From an uncultured Nitrospiraceae bacterium (GTDB taxonomy: Bacteria > Nitrospirota > Nitrospiria > Nitrospirales > Nitrospiraceae): a stretch of DNA of 64,000 nucleotides. A program made the position numbers and the translations under genes. The stretch is from assembly GCA_963846575.1 (NCBI GenBank), contig CAWJWJ010000002.1:640001-704000 (forward strand), read 5' to 3'. Below the pieces are notes generated by a model, which worked only from the letters and a program-made list of their open reading frames with translations, had not been told where the DNA came from and ran no database searches. Positions 1 to 10,036 of this stretch are shown in pieces; positions within the stretch are counted from its first letter, which is position 1; the number at the start of each line of letters is the position of its first letter.

Positions 1-10
1 GCGCCGCATT

Positions 11-484
11 ATGGCCTCTCGACATCATGCCCGTGAACGGGCGGTACAGATTCTCTTTCAATACGACATTCATGGCCAGGCCGGCTCGTGGTTGGACGAG
101 TTTTGGGCTCAGTATCCCCTGTCCGATGAGTTGCGGGTCTTCGCGGATCGATTGGTCGAAGGCGTACGGACCAGCCGGAAAGAGTTGGATGCCCTGATCA
201 CCACCTATGCCACCAACTGGAAAGTCAGCCGCATGCCGATCATCGACCGCAATATTCTGCGGATGGGCTGTTTTGAATTGTTGTATGCGCCTGAAGTGCC
301 CGCGAAGGTGACGCTGAATGAAGCGATCGAACTGGCCAAAAGTTTCGGCGATGACGAAGCGTCCAAATTCGTTAACGGGATTTTGGACAAGTTGTTGAAC
401 TCCGACGCCCGGCTGGAACGGAAGCGTGCGTTCCCGGAACTGCCCGTCGTGGGGAGTGATCCGGGCGCGAATCGTGGCGCATAA
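11..484 (+). CDS. nusB: Transcription antitermination factor NusB
   Basis: N-terminal [14 protein letters not shown], plus [18 protein letters not shown] and FVNGILD motifs. Confidence 0.95.
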   Translation: MASRHHARERAVQILFQYDIHGQAGSWLDEFWAQYPLSDELRVFADRLVEGVRTSRKELDALITTYATNWKVSRMPIIDRNILRMGCFELLYAPEVPAKVTLNEAIELAKSFGDDEASKFVNGILDKLLNSDARLERKRAFPELPVVGSDPGANRGA

Positions 485-561
485 GGCGTTCGATGGACAT
501 GGTGCGTGCGAGCATCCTAAACGTAGGCCTCCTCACGAACGGGAAACGATGAGAACACACG

Positions 562-1896
562 ATGATTGACCGGTATACCCGTCCGCGGATGAGTGCCATC
601 TGGGACCTGCAGCACAAGTACGAAATCTGGTTGGAAGTGGAACTCCAAGCCTGTGCCGCCTTTGAGCGAGACGGGCAAATTCCTCGTGGAACCAGTGCCC
701 GTATTCGCAAAAAAGCCGTCATTGACGTGGGTCGCATTGCGGACATCGAAAAGGTCACGAAGCACGATGTCATTGCATTTCTGGAATCACTGATGCATTC
801 CGTGGGGCCGGAACACCGCTTCCTTCACATGGGCTTGACCTCATCGGACATTGTCGATACGTCGCTTGCGGTGCAAATGACCGAAGCGCTGGATCTCATA
901 CTCGAAGACCTCGACGGGTTGATCGCCGTGTTGAAGGAACGAGCCCTGGAACATCGCCACACAGTCATGGTCGGTCGTTCGCACGGCATACATGGCGAAC
1001 CGGTTTCGTTCGGCTTTAAACTGGCGATCTGGTACGAGGAGGCCTGCCGGCATCGAACCAGACTGCAAGCGGCCCGCAAAGATATCGCGGTAGGCAAGCT
1101 TTCGGGAGCAATGGGGACCTTCGCACATCAAGGTCCGGAAATCGAGGAATATGTCTGCGGCAAGATGGGACTGGCCTCGGACCCGGTGTCGAATCAAGTC
1201 GTACAACGTGACCGGCATGCAGCCTACGCCTCAGCGCTGGCATTACTGGCGGCCAGCATTGAGAAAATCGCGACGGAGATTCGTCACCTCCAGCGGACGG
1301 AAGTGCTTGAAGCGGAGGAGTATTTCTCTGAGGGGCAAAAGGGCTCGTCGGCGATGCCGCACAAACGCAATCCGATCGCCTCGGAAAATCTCTGCGGCCT
1401 GGCTCGGCTGGTCCGGGGCAACAGTCTGGCTGCACTGGAAAACGTCGCACTCTGGCATGAGCGGGACATCAGCCATTCGTCGGTCGAGCGGGTGATCATG
1501 CCGGACAGCACAATCCTGGTGGACTACATGCTCGCTCGCGTGACCGACCTCGTGAAGAATCTGATTGTCTATCCCGAGCGCATGAAGCGGAACATGGACC
1601 TGACCGGAGGACTGGTATTCTCTCAGCGATTGTTGCTGGCGCTTATCGAGAAGGGGGCACAGCGAAAAGAGTCCTACGAGGCCGTGCAGCGCAATGCCAT
1701 GACCGCCTGGAAAGGCGGGATCGGTTTTCAGGAACTTGTCGGTCAGGATGCGTTCATCACAAAACATCTAAAGCCCAGCGAGATCACGGCTTGTTTCGAC
1801 CCTATGTATTATTTGCGACATCTCGATCAGGTGTTTCGTCGTGTGTTTGGGGCCAGTGCGGTGGCGTCGGGACGAGGCCGTAGGAGGCGGACATGA
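562..1896 (+). CDS. purB: Adenylosuccinate lyase
   Basis: MIDRY start, HMGLTSSD, GRSHG and GSSAMPHKRNP signature. Confidence 0.97.
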   Translation: MIDRYTRPRMSAIWDLQHKYEIWLEVELQACAAFERDGQIPRGTSARIRKKAVIDVGRIADIEKVTKHDVIAFLESLMHSVGPEHRFLHMGLTSSDIVDTSLAVQMTEALDLILEDLDGLIAVLKERALEHRHTVMVGRSHGIHGEPVSFGFKLAIWYEEACRHRTRLQAARKDIAVGKLSGAMGTFAHQGPEIEEYVCGKMGLASDPVSNQVVQRDRHAAYASALALLAASIEKIATEIRHLQRTEVLEAEEYFSEGQKGSSAMPHKRNPIASENLCGLARLVRGNSLAALENVALWHERDISHSSVERVIMPDSTILVDYMLARVTDLVKNLIVYPERMKRNMDLTGGLVFSQRLLLALIEKGAQRKESYEAVQRNAMTAWKGGIGFQELVGQDAFITKHLKPSEITACFDPMYYLRHLDQVFRRVFGASAVASGRGRRRRT

Positions 1897-2687
1897 AGCT
1901 CTGGGCTATTGTCAGGGGCACGCTGGTGGTTGCTCTGTGTATGGTGGGGCCTGCTCTGTCGGTGAACGCAACGGAACGGGATACGCTGTTGACCGATCCC
2001 GGCGTGTACGGGACCTTTGCCTCATTCCAGGTGGATCACGACTGGTGGGATCTCACGGGCGAAGCGCGCGTCATCGCGGTGTCTGAAGCGAAAGGATTGA
2101 TCGAACAATTCTCGAACAAGATCGTAATCGACTCCTACCTTCTGCGCGGGCTCTCGGACCATGCCGATTTTATGTTGAGGGTGCATGCCCATGCATTGGC
2201 GGATACGCAACAGTTTCTGACCTCATTATTGGGCACACGTTTCGGGCGTCATCTCGTGGCAGTCGACTATCTGCACGGCCTCACCAGGAAGGTCGCGTAT
2301 GTGCCTGGATTTCCCGATCAGATGAAGAAGGACCTGCAGGCACCGAGCGACCCCGGGGCCAAGTCCTATGCGATCGTGATTCCAATCAGAAAAGACGCCG
2401 ACTGGTGGGCTTTGGATCAGAACACGCGCGTGACGCTCATGCAGGAACACACCCAGGCGGCGCTTCCCTATTTGAATGCCGTCAAACGGAAACTGTATCA
2501 CTCCAGTGGTCTCGATGACTTCGACTTCATTACCTATTTTGAGACGGAAAAACTCGACGAGTTTCACGACCTCATCCGGGCACTCGAACAGGTGAAGGAA
2601 TTCCGCCACAACCGACGATTCGGGCATCCAACACTGCTGGGGACCGTCAGGTCGCTGGACGACATTCTTGAATTGTTCGCGCGGTAG
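1893..2687 (+). CDS. cld: Chlorite dismutase (heme b, periplasmic, Nitrospira type)
   Basis: Signal peptide; IPIRKDADWW, proximal His in MQEHT, distal Arg in VKRKLYHS, and DFITYFET; closely resembles N. defluvii Cld as recalled. Confidence 0.92.
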   Translation: MKLWAIVRGTLVVALCMVGPALSVNATERDTLLTDPGVYGTFASFQVDHDWWDLTGEARVIAVSEAKGLIEQFSNKIVIDSYLLRGLSDHADFMLRVHAHALADTQQFLTSLLGTRFGRHLVAVDYLHGLTRKVAYVPGFPDQMKKDLQAPSDPGAKSYAIVIPIRKDADWWALDQNTRVTLMQEHTQAALPYLNAVKRKLYHSSGLDDFDFITYFETEKLDEFHDLIRALEQVKEFRHNRRFGHPTLLGTVRSLDDILELFAR

Positions 2688-2700
2688 TGGAGGAGAAAGA

Positions 2701-3414
2701 ATGACGGTTGAACCTGCGGGCACGATGATTTATGAAGGCAAGGCCAAGAAGATTTTTACGACCGATCGGCCGGACCAGGTGTTGCAGTACTTCAAGGACG
2801 ATGCGACGGCATTCAATGCTCAGAAGCGCGGCACTATTGTCGACAAGGGCGTAGTGAACAATAAGGTGTCCGAACGGCTGTTCCGTCTACTGGAGCAGCA
2901 GGGGGTGCCGACGCACTTCATTGACCGGGTGAGCGACCGCGAGATGCTCACCAAGAGAGTGACGATTGTACCGGTCGAGGTGGTGGTCCGGAACGTGGTC
3001 GCGGGGAGTCTCTCCAAGCGTCTCGGCTTGAAAGAAGGCGCCGCCATCGAGCCGGCGATCATTGAGTTTTATTTCAAAGACGATGCCTTGGGCGATCCGT
3101 TAGTGAATGATGATCATCTTCGTTTATTGAATGTGGCGACTCCGGCTGTCTTGCGGGAGATGCGAGAGCTGGGCCAGAAAATCAATGCGGTATTGCGGCC
3201 GTTCTTCAGTGAACGACACCTGATCCTGGTTGATTTCAAATTGGAGTTCGGCGTCTTTCACAACCGGCTGATCCTGGCGGACGAGATTTCTCCCGACACC
3301 TGTCGCTTCTGGGATCAGACCACGAAGGAATCGATGGATAAAGATCGATTCCGCAAGGACATGGGTAAGATCGAAGAGGCCTATCAGGAGGTGTTAAAGC
3401 GAGTGTGCGGGTAG
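2701..3414 (+). CDS. purC: SAICAR synthase
   Basis: YEGKAKK, FKDDATAFN, DFKLEFG and LADEISPDTCRFWD motifs; GGAG RBS before ATG 2701. Confidence 0.96.
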   Translation: MTVEPAGTMIYEGKAKKIFTTDRPDQVLQYFKDDATAFNAQKRGTIVDKGVVNNKVSERLFRLLEQQGVPTHFIDRVSDREMLTKRVTIVPVEVVVRNVVAGSLSKRLGLKEGAAIEPAIIEFYFKDDALGDPLVNDDHLRLLNVATPAVLREMRELGQKINAVLRPFFSERHLILVDFKLEFGVFHNRLILADEISPDTCRFWDQTTKESMDKDRFRKDMGKIEEAYQEVLKRVCG

Positions 3415-3540
3415 GAGTCGTGAGGAATGCTTGTGTGTGCGCGTAAAGGCGCAGTCGCGAAGGATTTTCCGAGACCCTGACTTGGCTGTTCCTTTGCTCC
3501 TGTCGGCTGCTGGATTTGGGCGGTGGGAGTGTGAAGAGAA

Positions 3541-3768
3541 ATGAATCGGTTTCTCCAACTGTTTCTCAACTATGGCCTGGTGGCGGCGATCTTAGTGTGG
3601 GCGGCCACGGTCGCATTAATGGCCTATCACCTCAAGGAGTCGCCCTGGCGCTGGGTCTTTATTCTACTGTCGCTGGCAGGACTCGGGACCATCGGCGTCA
3701 TTTTTTGGATCAGGAAGTACGTCAATAAGGTGTCGAACGCGAAGCAGGGAATGGGGAAGGCACGATGA
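3541..3768 (+). CDS. Small two-TM membrane protein, hypothetical
   Basis: Two hydrophobic segments and a basic tail; stop overlaps the purS start (ATGA). Confidence 0.7.
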   Translation: MNRFLQLFLNYGLVAAILVWAATVALMAYHLKESPWRWVFILLSLAGLGTIGVIFWIRKYVNKVSNAKQGMGKAR

Positions 3769-4004
3769 AAGCCAAGATTCATGTGACGTTGAAACAGGGC
3801 ATTCTTGATCCGCAGGGCAAGGCCATCGAACACGCGCTGGACTCACTGGGGTTCAAAAATGCGTCGAATATGCGAGTCGGCAAGTATATGGAACTGGATG
3901 TCAATGAATCGGATAGGGGTAAGGCGGAATCCCAAGTGAAAGCCATGTGTGAAAAGCTGCTGGCCAATACGGTCATCGAGGAGTATCGGTACGAGCTGCA
4001 ATAG
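3765..4004 (+). CDS. purS: FGAM synthase subunit PurS
   Basis: LKQGILDPQGKAI and LLANTVIEEY motifs. Confidence 0.96.
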   Translation: MKAKIHVTLKQGILDPQGKAIEHALDSLGFKNASNMRVGKYMELDVNESDRGKAESQVKAMCEKLLANTVIEEYRYELQ

Positions 4005-4146
4005 TGTTCGCCGGGATAGCAGGGCCTGGCTCCTCCATCGCAGAACGTATGAGTCACAGCCTTCGCTCCATCTGTGAAGGGCGCCAATTCGCCGGCCCTT
4101 CGATGTGCGTGACAGCTCAGGGAACACGGAGGGCAAGACAGCAAAT

Positions 4147-4869
4147 ATGAAAATCGGTGTGGTGGTATTCCCGGGTAGTAATTGCGATCACGACTGCCAA
4201 TATGTCTTCGGTCACCTGCTCGGTCAGCAGGTGGAAATGATCTGGCACAAAGAAACTCTGCCCGAGAGCTTGGACGCTGTTGTGCTGCCGGGCGGGTTTT
4301 CTTACGGGGACTACCTACGGACCGGCGCCATCGCGCGCTTTTCGCCGGTTATGGGTGCCGTGAAGGAATTTGCCCGTAAGGGCGGGTTGGTGATCGGCAT
4401 CTGCAATGGATTTCAGATTCTGTTAGAGGCCGGTTTGTTGCCGGGGGTGATGCTGCGGAACACCTCGCTGAACTTCATCTGCAAGGATGTGTACATGAAG
4501 GTGGAGAATGCCTCAACCCGCTTCACGAATCGCTGCGCATCAGGCCAGGTGCTGAAGATTCCCATAGCACATGCCGACGGAAATTATTTTACCGACCCGG
4601 TCACGCTTGGCGGTATCAAAGCCAATGCCCAGGTCGTGCTGCGCTATTGCACCGCCGAGGGGAAAGTGTCGGCCGAGGCGAATCCAAATGGCTCGCTTGA
4701 CAACATCGCGGGACTTATAAACGCTGAGGGAAACGTGCTCGGCATGATGCCTCATCCAGAGCGCTCTGCAGAAGCGGTGTTGGGCAACGACGAGGGGCGC
4801 CTCATCTTTCTGTCGATGTTGAACTCCTTCGGAACATCTCAATTGCATCCCAGATTGGTAAGGGCGTAA
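4147..4869 (+). CDS. purQ: FGAM synthase glutaminase subunit PurQ
   Basis: [25 protein letters not shown] and MMPHPER motifs. Confidence 0.97.
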   Translation: MKIGVVVFPGSNCDHDCQYVFGHLLGQQVEMIWHKETLPESLDAVVLPGGFSYGDYLRTGAIARFSPVMGAVKEFARKGGLVIGICNGFQILLEAGLLPGVMLRNTSLNFICKDVYMKVENASTRFTNRCASGQVLKIPIAHADGNYFTDPVTLGGIKANAQVVLRYCTAEGKVSAEANPNGSLDNIAGLINAEGNVLGMMPHPERSAEAVLGNDEGRLIFLSMLNSFGTSQLHPRLVRA

Positions 4870-4933
4870 AGCTGGCCCGGAGCAGTTCTGGCGGAATCAT
4901 CAGTAACCTTAGATAACTGAGACTGTGTAACCC

Positions 4934-7180
4934 ATGAAATCACCCGTCATTACTCAAGCCGTTCTGGCGCAGCACAAGCTAACGGAAGAGGAGTACAAGA
5001 AAATTCTGGAGATCCTTGGACGGGAGCCGAACTGGACCGAACTGGGGATGTTCTCCGCCATGTGGAGTGAGCATTGTTCGTATAAGAGCTCGCGCATTCA
5101 CCTGAAGAAACTGCCGACGAGCGGGCCACGCGTTGTCCAGGGACCGGGTGAAAACGCCGGTGCGGTGGATATCGGTGACGGCCTTTGCGCTGTTTTCAAG
5201 ATGGAATCTCACAACCATCCCTCGTTTATTGAGCCCTATCAGGGTGCGGCGACAGGTGTGGGCGGGATTCTTCGCGACATTTTTACGATGGGCGCCAGGC
5301 CAATTGCGCTCTTGAACTCCTTGAGATTTGGTGGCCTGGACAATGCTAATACCCGGCATCTGCTCAAAGGTGTCGTGTCCGGTATTGCCGGCTATGGGAA
5401 CTGCATGGGCGTGCCGACGGTCGGTGGGGAGATTGTGTTCAATGACATCTATGCCCTGAACCCATTGGTGAACGTGTTCTGTCTGGGAATTGCCAAGAAG
5501 GATAAGATTTTTCTGGGCAAGGCGGCAGGGATCGGCAATCCGGTGATCTATTTTGGTTCGAAGACCGGACGTGACGGCATCCACGGCGCCACGATGGCCT
5601 CGGATTCCTTCGATGAACAAGCGATGCAGAAGCGGCCCACTGTCCAGGTCGGGGATCCTTTCACTGAAAAGCTGCTGCTGGAAGCTTGCTTGGAACTCAT
5701 GTCCGGCGATTGCCTGGTTGGGATTCAGGACATGGGTGCCGCCGGGCTGACGAGTTCGGCCTGTGAAATGGCGTCGCGGGAAGGAACCGGCATCGAACTG
5801 GAATTGTCTCACGTGCCACGCCGTGAGCCGGGCATGACACCCTATGAGGTAATGCTCTCCGAGTCGCAAGAGCGCATGTTGATGGTGGCCAAGGCCGGGC
5901 GAGAAGACGAGGTCATCGAGATCTGCCGGAAATGGGACCTTGATGTGGCGGTGATTGGACAGGTGACCGATACGGGCAGGGTGGTCCTGAAGGACAACGG
6001 GCTGGTGGTTGCCGATATCCCCGCCAAAGCGTTGGCGGAGGAAGGCCCGCGGTATGACCGACCCAGTGCGCCGCCTGCCTATCAGGACATGCTGCAGGCT
6101 TTGAACTTTGATGCACTGCCGGATGTGAAGGATGCGAATGCCGCGCTGCTGGCCTTATTGGACTCACCCTCCATTGCCAGCAAACGGTGGGTCTACGAAC
6201 AGTACGACCATATGGTGCGGACCAACACGATGGTACGGCCCGGCTCCGATGCCGCCGTGCTGCGAGTCAAGGGAACGGAGAAGGCCCTGGCCCTCTCGGT
6301 TGACTGTAACGCACGTTATTGCCTGTTGAACCCTTACGAGGGCGCGAAGATTGCCATCGCCGAATGCGCGCGCAATCTCGCCTGTTCAGGAGCGGAACCA
6401 ATTGGCGTGACCGATTGCCTGAATTTTGGAAATCCTCAGCGCCCGGAGGTTATGTGGCAGTTCATTCTCGCCATCGAAGGATTGAAGGATGCCTGCGAGG
6501 CATTGGGGGTGCCGATCGTGAGCGGCAATGTGAGTTTCTATAACGAAACGAACGAGCTCTCCATCTACCCCACGCCAATGATTGGCATGGTCGGTTTAAT
6601 CGAGCCGGCCGATCGCGCGGTCACCCAGTGGTTCAAGCAGACGGGCGACGCGGTTATCCTGTTAGGAAGTACCCGTGAAGACCTGGGCGGGACGGAATAT
6701 CTGAAGGTGCTGCACCATCGCGAACAAGGCTCCCCCCCATTGTTAAGCCTGGACACTGAGAAGGCCGTCCAGGCCTGCACGATTCGACTCATCCGAGAAG
6801 GGTTGGTGCAGTCGGCCCACGACTGTTCCGATGGCGGACTGGCCGTGGCTTTAGCGGAATGTTGCATCTCCGGTTCGAATGAGCAGCTGGGCGCTGTGGT
6901 ACAATTACCCCTTAATGGGCTGCGTTGCGATGCCTTGTTTTTTGGAGAAAGCCAATCTCGGGTTGTGCTGTCTGTCAGACCAGATCACCTCGAACGGGTG
7001 TTGACCCTTTGTCGCGAGGCCGGTGTGCCTGCCGGACATATTGGTGCCGTCGGAGGTAATCGACTGGTCATTCAAGCGGACGGCAAGACTTCTGGTGGCG
7101 ACTGCAGAATTGACCTGGACCTTATAACATTGCATGACCGATGGGCGCAGGCCATTCCCAGGGCGTTAGGTCAAGGCTAG
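4934..7180 (+). CDS. purL: FGAM synthase subunit PurL
   Basis: [26 protein letters not shown] and SESQERM motifs. Confidence 0.97.
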   Translation: MKSPVITQAVLAQHKLTEEEYKKILEILGREPNWTELGMFSAMWSEHCSYKSSRIHLKKLPTSGPRVVQGPGENAGAVDIGDGLCAVFKMESHNHPSFIEPYQGAATGVGGILRDIFTMGARPIALLNSLRFGGLDNANTRHLLKGVVSGIAGYGNCMGVPTVGGEIVFNDIYALNPLVNVFCLGIAKKDKIFLGKAAGIGNPVIYFGSKTGRDGIHGATMASDSFDEQAMQKRPTVQVGDPFTEKLLLEACLELMSGDCLVGIQDMGAAGLTSSACEMASREGTGIELELSHVPRREPGMTPYEVMLSESQERMLMVAKAGREDEVIEICRKWDLDVAVIGQVTDTGRVVLKDNGLVVADIPAKALAEEGPRYDRPSAPPAYQDMLQALNFDALPDVKDANAALLALLDSPSIASKRWVYEQYDHMVRTNTMVRPGSDAAVLRVKGTEKALALSVDCNARYCLLNPYEGAKIAIAECARNLACSGAEPIGVTDCLNFGNPQRPEVMWQFILAIEGLKDACEALGVPIVSGNVSFYNETNELSIYPTPMIGMVGLIEPADRAVTQWFKQTGDAVILLGSTREDLGGTEYLKVLHHREQGSPPLLSLDTEKAVQACTIRLIREGLVQSAHDCSDGGLAVALAECCISGSNEQLGAVVQLPLNGLRCDALFFGESQSRVVLSVRPDHLERVLTLCREAGVPAGHIGAVGGNRLVIQADGKTSGGDCRIDLDLITLHDRWAQAIPRALGQG

Positions 7181-7191
7181 GATACTGATTC

Positions 7192-8622
7192 ATGCCGAGA
7201 GACTTACCACTGATTTCTCCAGATAAATTCCATGATGAGTGCGCCGTCTTTGGTATATACGGCCACAAGGAAGCAGCCAATCTCGCCTATCTCGGCCTGT
7301 ACGCTCTCCAACATCGAGGCCAAGAAGCGTCTGGAATCGTCTCCAACGACGGGGAGCATTTTTATATCGAGAAGGGTCAGGGCCATGTGGCTGACGTGTT
7401 TTCCCAGCAAATCCTGGCGGGGCTGCCAGGGACAATGGCGATCGGTCACAATCGTTATTCCACGGCCGGTGGAGCAGGGCTCAAGAATGTGCAGCCGTTG
7501 AGTGTCAATTTTGCATTCGGCAATCTGGCCGTGGCGCACAATGGAAACTTGATCAATGCCACCATGCTACGTAGCGAATTGGAGGCCTATGGCGCCATTT
7601 TCCAATCTACGTCGGATACGGAAGTCATCATTCATCTCATCGCCCATTCACGAGCGGATACCCTCCTCGATCGCGTTATCGATTCATTGACTCAGGTTCG
7701 CGGCGCTTTTTCGGTGGTCCTGATGACGGATCAGGGGATTATCGCCGCAAGAGACCCTCATGGATTCAGGCCGCTTTGTTTGGGGCGTTTTCGTGATGCC
7801 TGGATCGTGGCTTCCGAGAGCTGTGCGTTCGATTTGCTGGATGCCGAATATGTGCGGGAGATTGAACCAGGAGAGTTGGTGGTACTGGACCATCAGGGTG
7901 TCACAAGTTACAAGCCATTCGCGTCAACCACTCCGGCAATGTGCGTATTCGAATATGTGTACTTCTCCCGTCCCGATAGTCGAATTTTTGGTGGCCGCGC
8001 GGTCTATTCGATTAGAAAAGCCTTCGGGCGGCAATTGGCACAGGAATCCATGGTGTCGGCGGACATCGTAATTCCGGTTCCCGATTCCGGAGTGCCGGCA
8101 GCGCTTGGATTTTCAGAGGGATCGGGAATTCGTTTTGAGACCGGCCTCATTCGGAATCATTACGTGGGGCGAACCTTCATCGAACCGGAGCAGTCTATTC
8201 GCCACTTCGGGGTAAAGGTAAAGCTGAACGCAGTTCCTGAGGTCCTGGAGGGGAAACGTGTGATCGTGGTGGACGATTCGCTGGTTCGCGGAACTACAAG
8301 TCGAAAAATAGTGAAGATGTTGCGTCATGCCGGGGCAAAAGAAGTCCATATGCGGATCAGTTCCCCGCCAATTGTGTCACCTTGTTTTTACGGAATTGAC
8401 ACACCAACCAAGAAAGAGCTGATTGCCTCAAGTCACACAACCGAAGAAATCCGGAAGTACATCACTGCCGATAGCCTGGCCTATTTGAGTTTGGATGGAA
8501 TGTTGAAAGCCTCGCCGGGTGTCCCAGCGCAGTATTGCAATGCCTGCTTCACGGAACGGTACCCCATTTCGTTTACACGTGCCGAGGAACTTCAATTGGG
8601 TCTCTTCGAGTCCTCCCGCTAA
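7192..8622 (+). CDS. purF: Amidophosphoribosyltransferase
   Basis: Propeptide then [30 protein letters not shown]; Fe-S cysteines. Confidence 0.97.
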   Translation: MPRDLPLISPDKFHDECAVFGIYGHKEAANLAYLGLYALQHRGQEASGIVSNDGEHFYIEKGQGHVADVFSQQILAGLPGTMAIGHNRYSTAGGAGLKNVQPLSVNFAFGNLAVAHNGNLINATMLRSELEAYGAIFQSTSDTEVIIHLIAHSRADTLLDRVIDSLTQVRGAFSVVLMTDQGIIAARDPHGFRPLCLGRFRDAWIVASESCAFDLLDAEYVREIEPGELVVLDHQGVTSYKPFASTTPAMCVFEYVYFSRPDSRIFGGRAVYSIRKAFGRQLAQESMVSADIVIPVPDSGVPAALGFSEGSGIRFETGLIRNHYVGRTFIEPEQSIRHFGVKVKLNAVPEVLEGKRVIVVDDSLVRGTTSRKIVKMLRHAGAKEVHMRISSPPIVSPCFYGIDTPTKKELIASSHTTEEIRKYITADSLAYLSLDGMLKASPGVPAQYCNACFTERYPISFTRAEELQLGLFESSR

Positions 8623-8702
8623 GACTTCCACGCGCCAGTCACCTGCTTGCGCGTAATCTAGGATCGTCTGGACTTCTCTTTCTGCCTTGTTACACTCCTG
8701 TC

Positions 8703-9146
8703 ATGTCCCTTGTTAGGAAATATCAATTGATCGCTGCCACTGGATTCGTGGTGGCTGCGATCCGAATCGCTTTGCGGATGACGAGTCTTCCGCGACTCTT
8801 AAGGTGGTTGACTTGCAAGGCAGTATCTCGAGGGCACGGTCCACTCGCAATGGAAGATGTTGCATACTACGTTGAACGCTGGCTTGCGCTGGCTCCGTAC
8901 AACTCCAAGGGAAACTGTCTTCCTCGTGCCTTGACTCTATATTGGTTTGCCCGCCGCGCCGGTGTCCCCGTCCAGTTTCAATGCGGTGTGATGAAGATTA
9001 GTGAAGGCATCGAGGGCCATGCCTGGTTGATGCTGGATGGGCGGGAGTTCTTTGAGCCATCACCGTACTGGCGTGACTTCACCGTGACGCTTAGTTTCCC
9101 TCCCATGCCCGTCCCGCGGAATACTCAAGCGTCGAATTCTAAGTAA
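8703..9146 (+). CDS. Lasso-peptide B2-type leader peptidase (transglutaminase-like)
   Basis: About 147 aa with NCLPRAL (catalytic Cys), GV..EGHAWL (catalytic His) and downstream acidic residues; adjacent to a PqqD gene and a precursor. Confidence 0.85.
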   Translation: MSLVRKYQLIAATGFVVAAIRIALRMTSLPRLLRWLTCKAVSRGHGPLAMEDVAYYVERWLALAPYNSKGNCLPRALTLYWFARRAGVPVQFQCGVMKISEGIEGHAWLMLDGREFFEPSPYWRDFTVTLSFPPMPVPRNTQASNSK

Positions 9147-9479
9147 GAGTCTCACTTTCCCTAGAAGCCTGGCCACGATTTTCCTGCGCCTCTCGTTTTA
9201 GTTCTCCTGTTCCCTGTGACACGATCTGTCTATCCTGAGCCTTCGCACAGATCGATTCAACAATCCATCCAACTGTGTCTTCACTCCGACGGCTCCCCCA
9301 AATGGGAGAGCCACCCCAACCTCACGGGAATAGATAAGGCATGGGTGAGAAAGTATGTTTGCCCTTCGGAGGCGAGGACAACGGCGACGGGCAGTGCTAT
9401 CGCTATGATTGCTGTCGCACCGCCGGGAAGAGCGTTCGCTATAGTAGTCGGTTTCATGGTCGTCGTATCAGGAGGGTGC

Positions 9480-9797
9480 ATGCCTGCCATTACACACGAT
9501 TCGGTTGATCGGATGGTCGAGTTGTCTCACCTTTTTCCAAAGCGAAACGAAGATGTACATAGCACGATGTTGGATGGAGAAAGCGTGTTGCTGAATCTCC
9601 ACACCGGACGCTATTACACCTTGAACGTCGTGGGATCGATTGTGTGGGATTTGTCTACGGGAGATCGGTCGCTCAACGAGGTTGTCGCGACTATCTGCGA
9701 AAAGTTTGATGTTACGGCTCGGCAAGCGCAAGACGATCTGCTTGATCTCGTCGTCGAACTTGATCAGGAAGGGCTCATTCAAACCGAAAGGAGGTGA
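9480..9797 (+). CDS. PqqD-family RiPP recognition element (lasso B1-like)
   Basis: LDGESVLLNLHTGRYYTLNVVGSIVWDL...EKFDV...DLLDLVVELDQEGLI is a typical PqqD/RRE pattern; GGAGG at 9471-9475; alternative start at 9513. Confidence 0.88.
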   Translation: MPAITHDSVDRMVELSHLFPKRNEDVHSTMLDGESVLLNLHTGRYYTLNVVGSIVWDLSTGDRSLNEVVATICEKFDVTARQAQDDLLDLVVELDQEGLIQTERR

Positions 9798-9802
9798 AGT
9801 AG

Positions 9803-9922
9803 ATGGATCAACAGAAGAAAACCGTTTATGTGAAGCCAACGCTTGTGAAGCACGAGTTGCTGCGCGATGTGACGGCTCTACAGCTTTCCCGCGTGCTCAA
9901 TGGAGAGCATCAGGTAACGTAA
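9803..9922 (+). CDS. RiPP precursor with lasso-type leader, 39 aa: MDQQKKTVYVKPTLVKHELLRDVTA-LQLSRVLNGEHQVT
   Basis: Hand-translated because it is below the ORF-track cutoff; strong RBS AAAGGAGGTGA at 9787-9797; YxKPxL leader motif and Thr at -2; sits between the RRE and kinase genes. Confidence 0.85.
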   Translation: MDQQKKTVYVKPTLVKHELLRDVTALQLSRVLNGEHQVT

Positions 9923-9948
9923 CGCCGACGCTTTGATGAGAGTGAGGG

Positions 9949-9983
9949 GGGAGTTGGTCGGTCTTCTCGACCGGCCAGCTCCC
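9949..9983 (+). promoter_or_regulatory. 15-bp stem-loop downstream of the precursor gene
   Basis: GGGAGTTGGTCGGTC-TTCTC-GACCGGCCAGCTCCC: 13 Watson-Crick and 2 G-U pairs, no U-tract. Confidence 0.7.
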
Positions 9984-10036
9984 GTCTGCGGAAGTGATGA
10001 GCATAGTAGCACGAGGGGCTGAAAGGAGAGTGGGTA

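Noticed and set aside
9216..9479. Long N-terminal extension of the PqqD ORF (193-aa version)
   Set aside because: The extension looks like non-coding read-through; a GGAGG precedes ATG 9480 and gives a typical PqqD size
9640..9936. 98-aa ORF overlapping the RRE and precursor
   Set aside because: It is an off-frame shadow; the 9803-9922 frame has the RBS and leader motif
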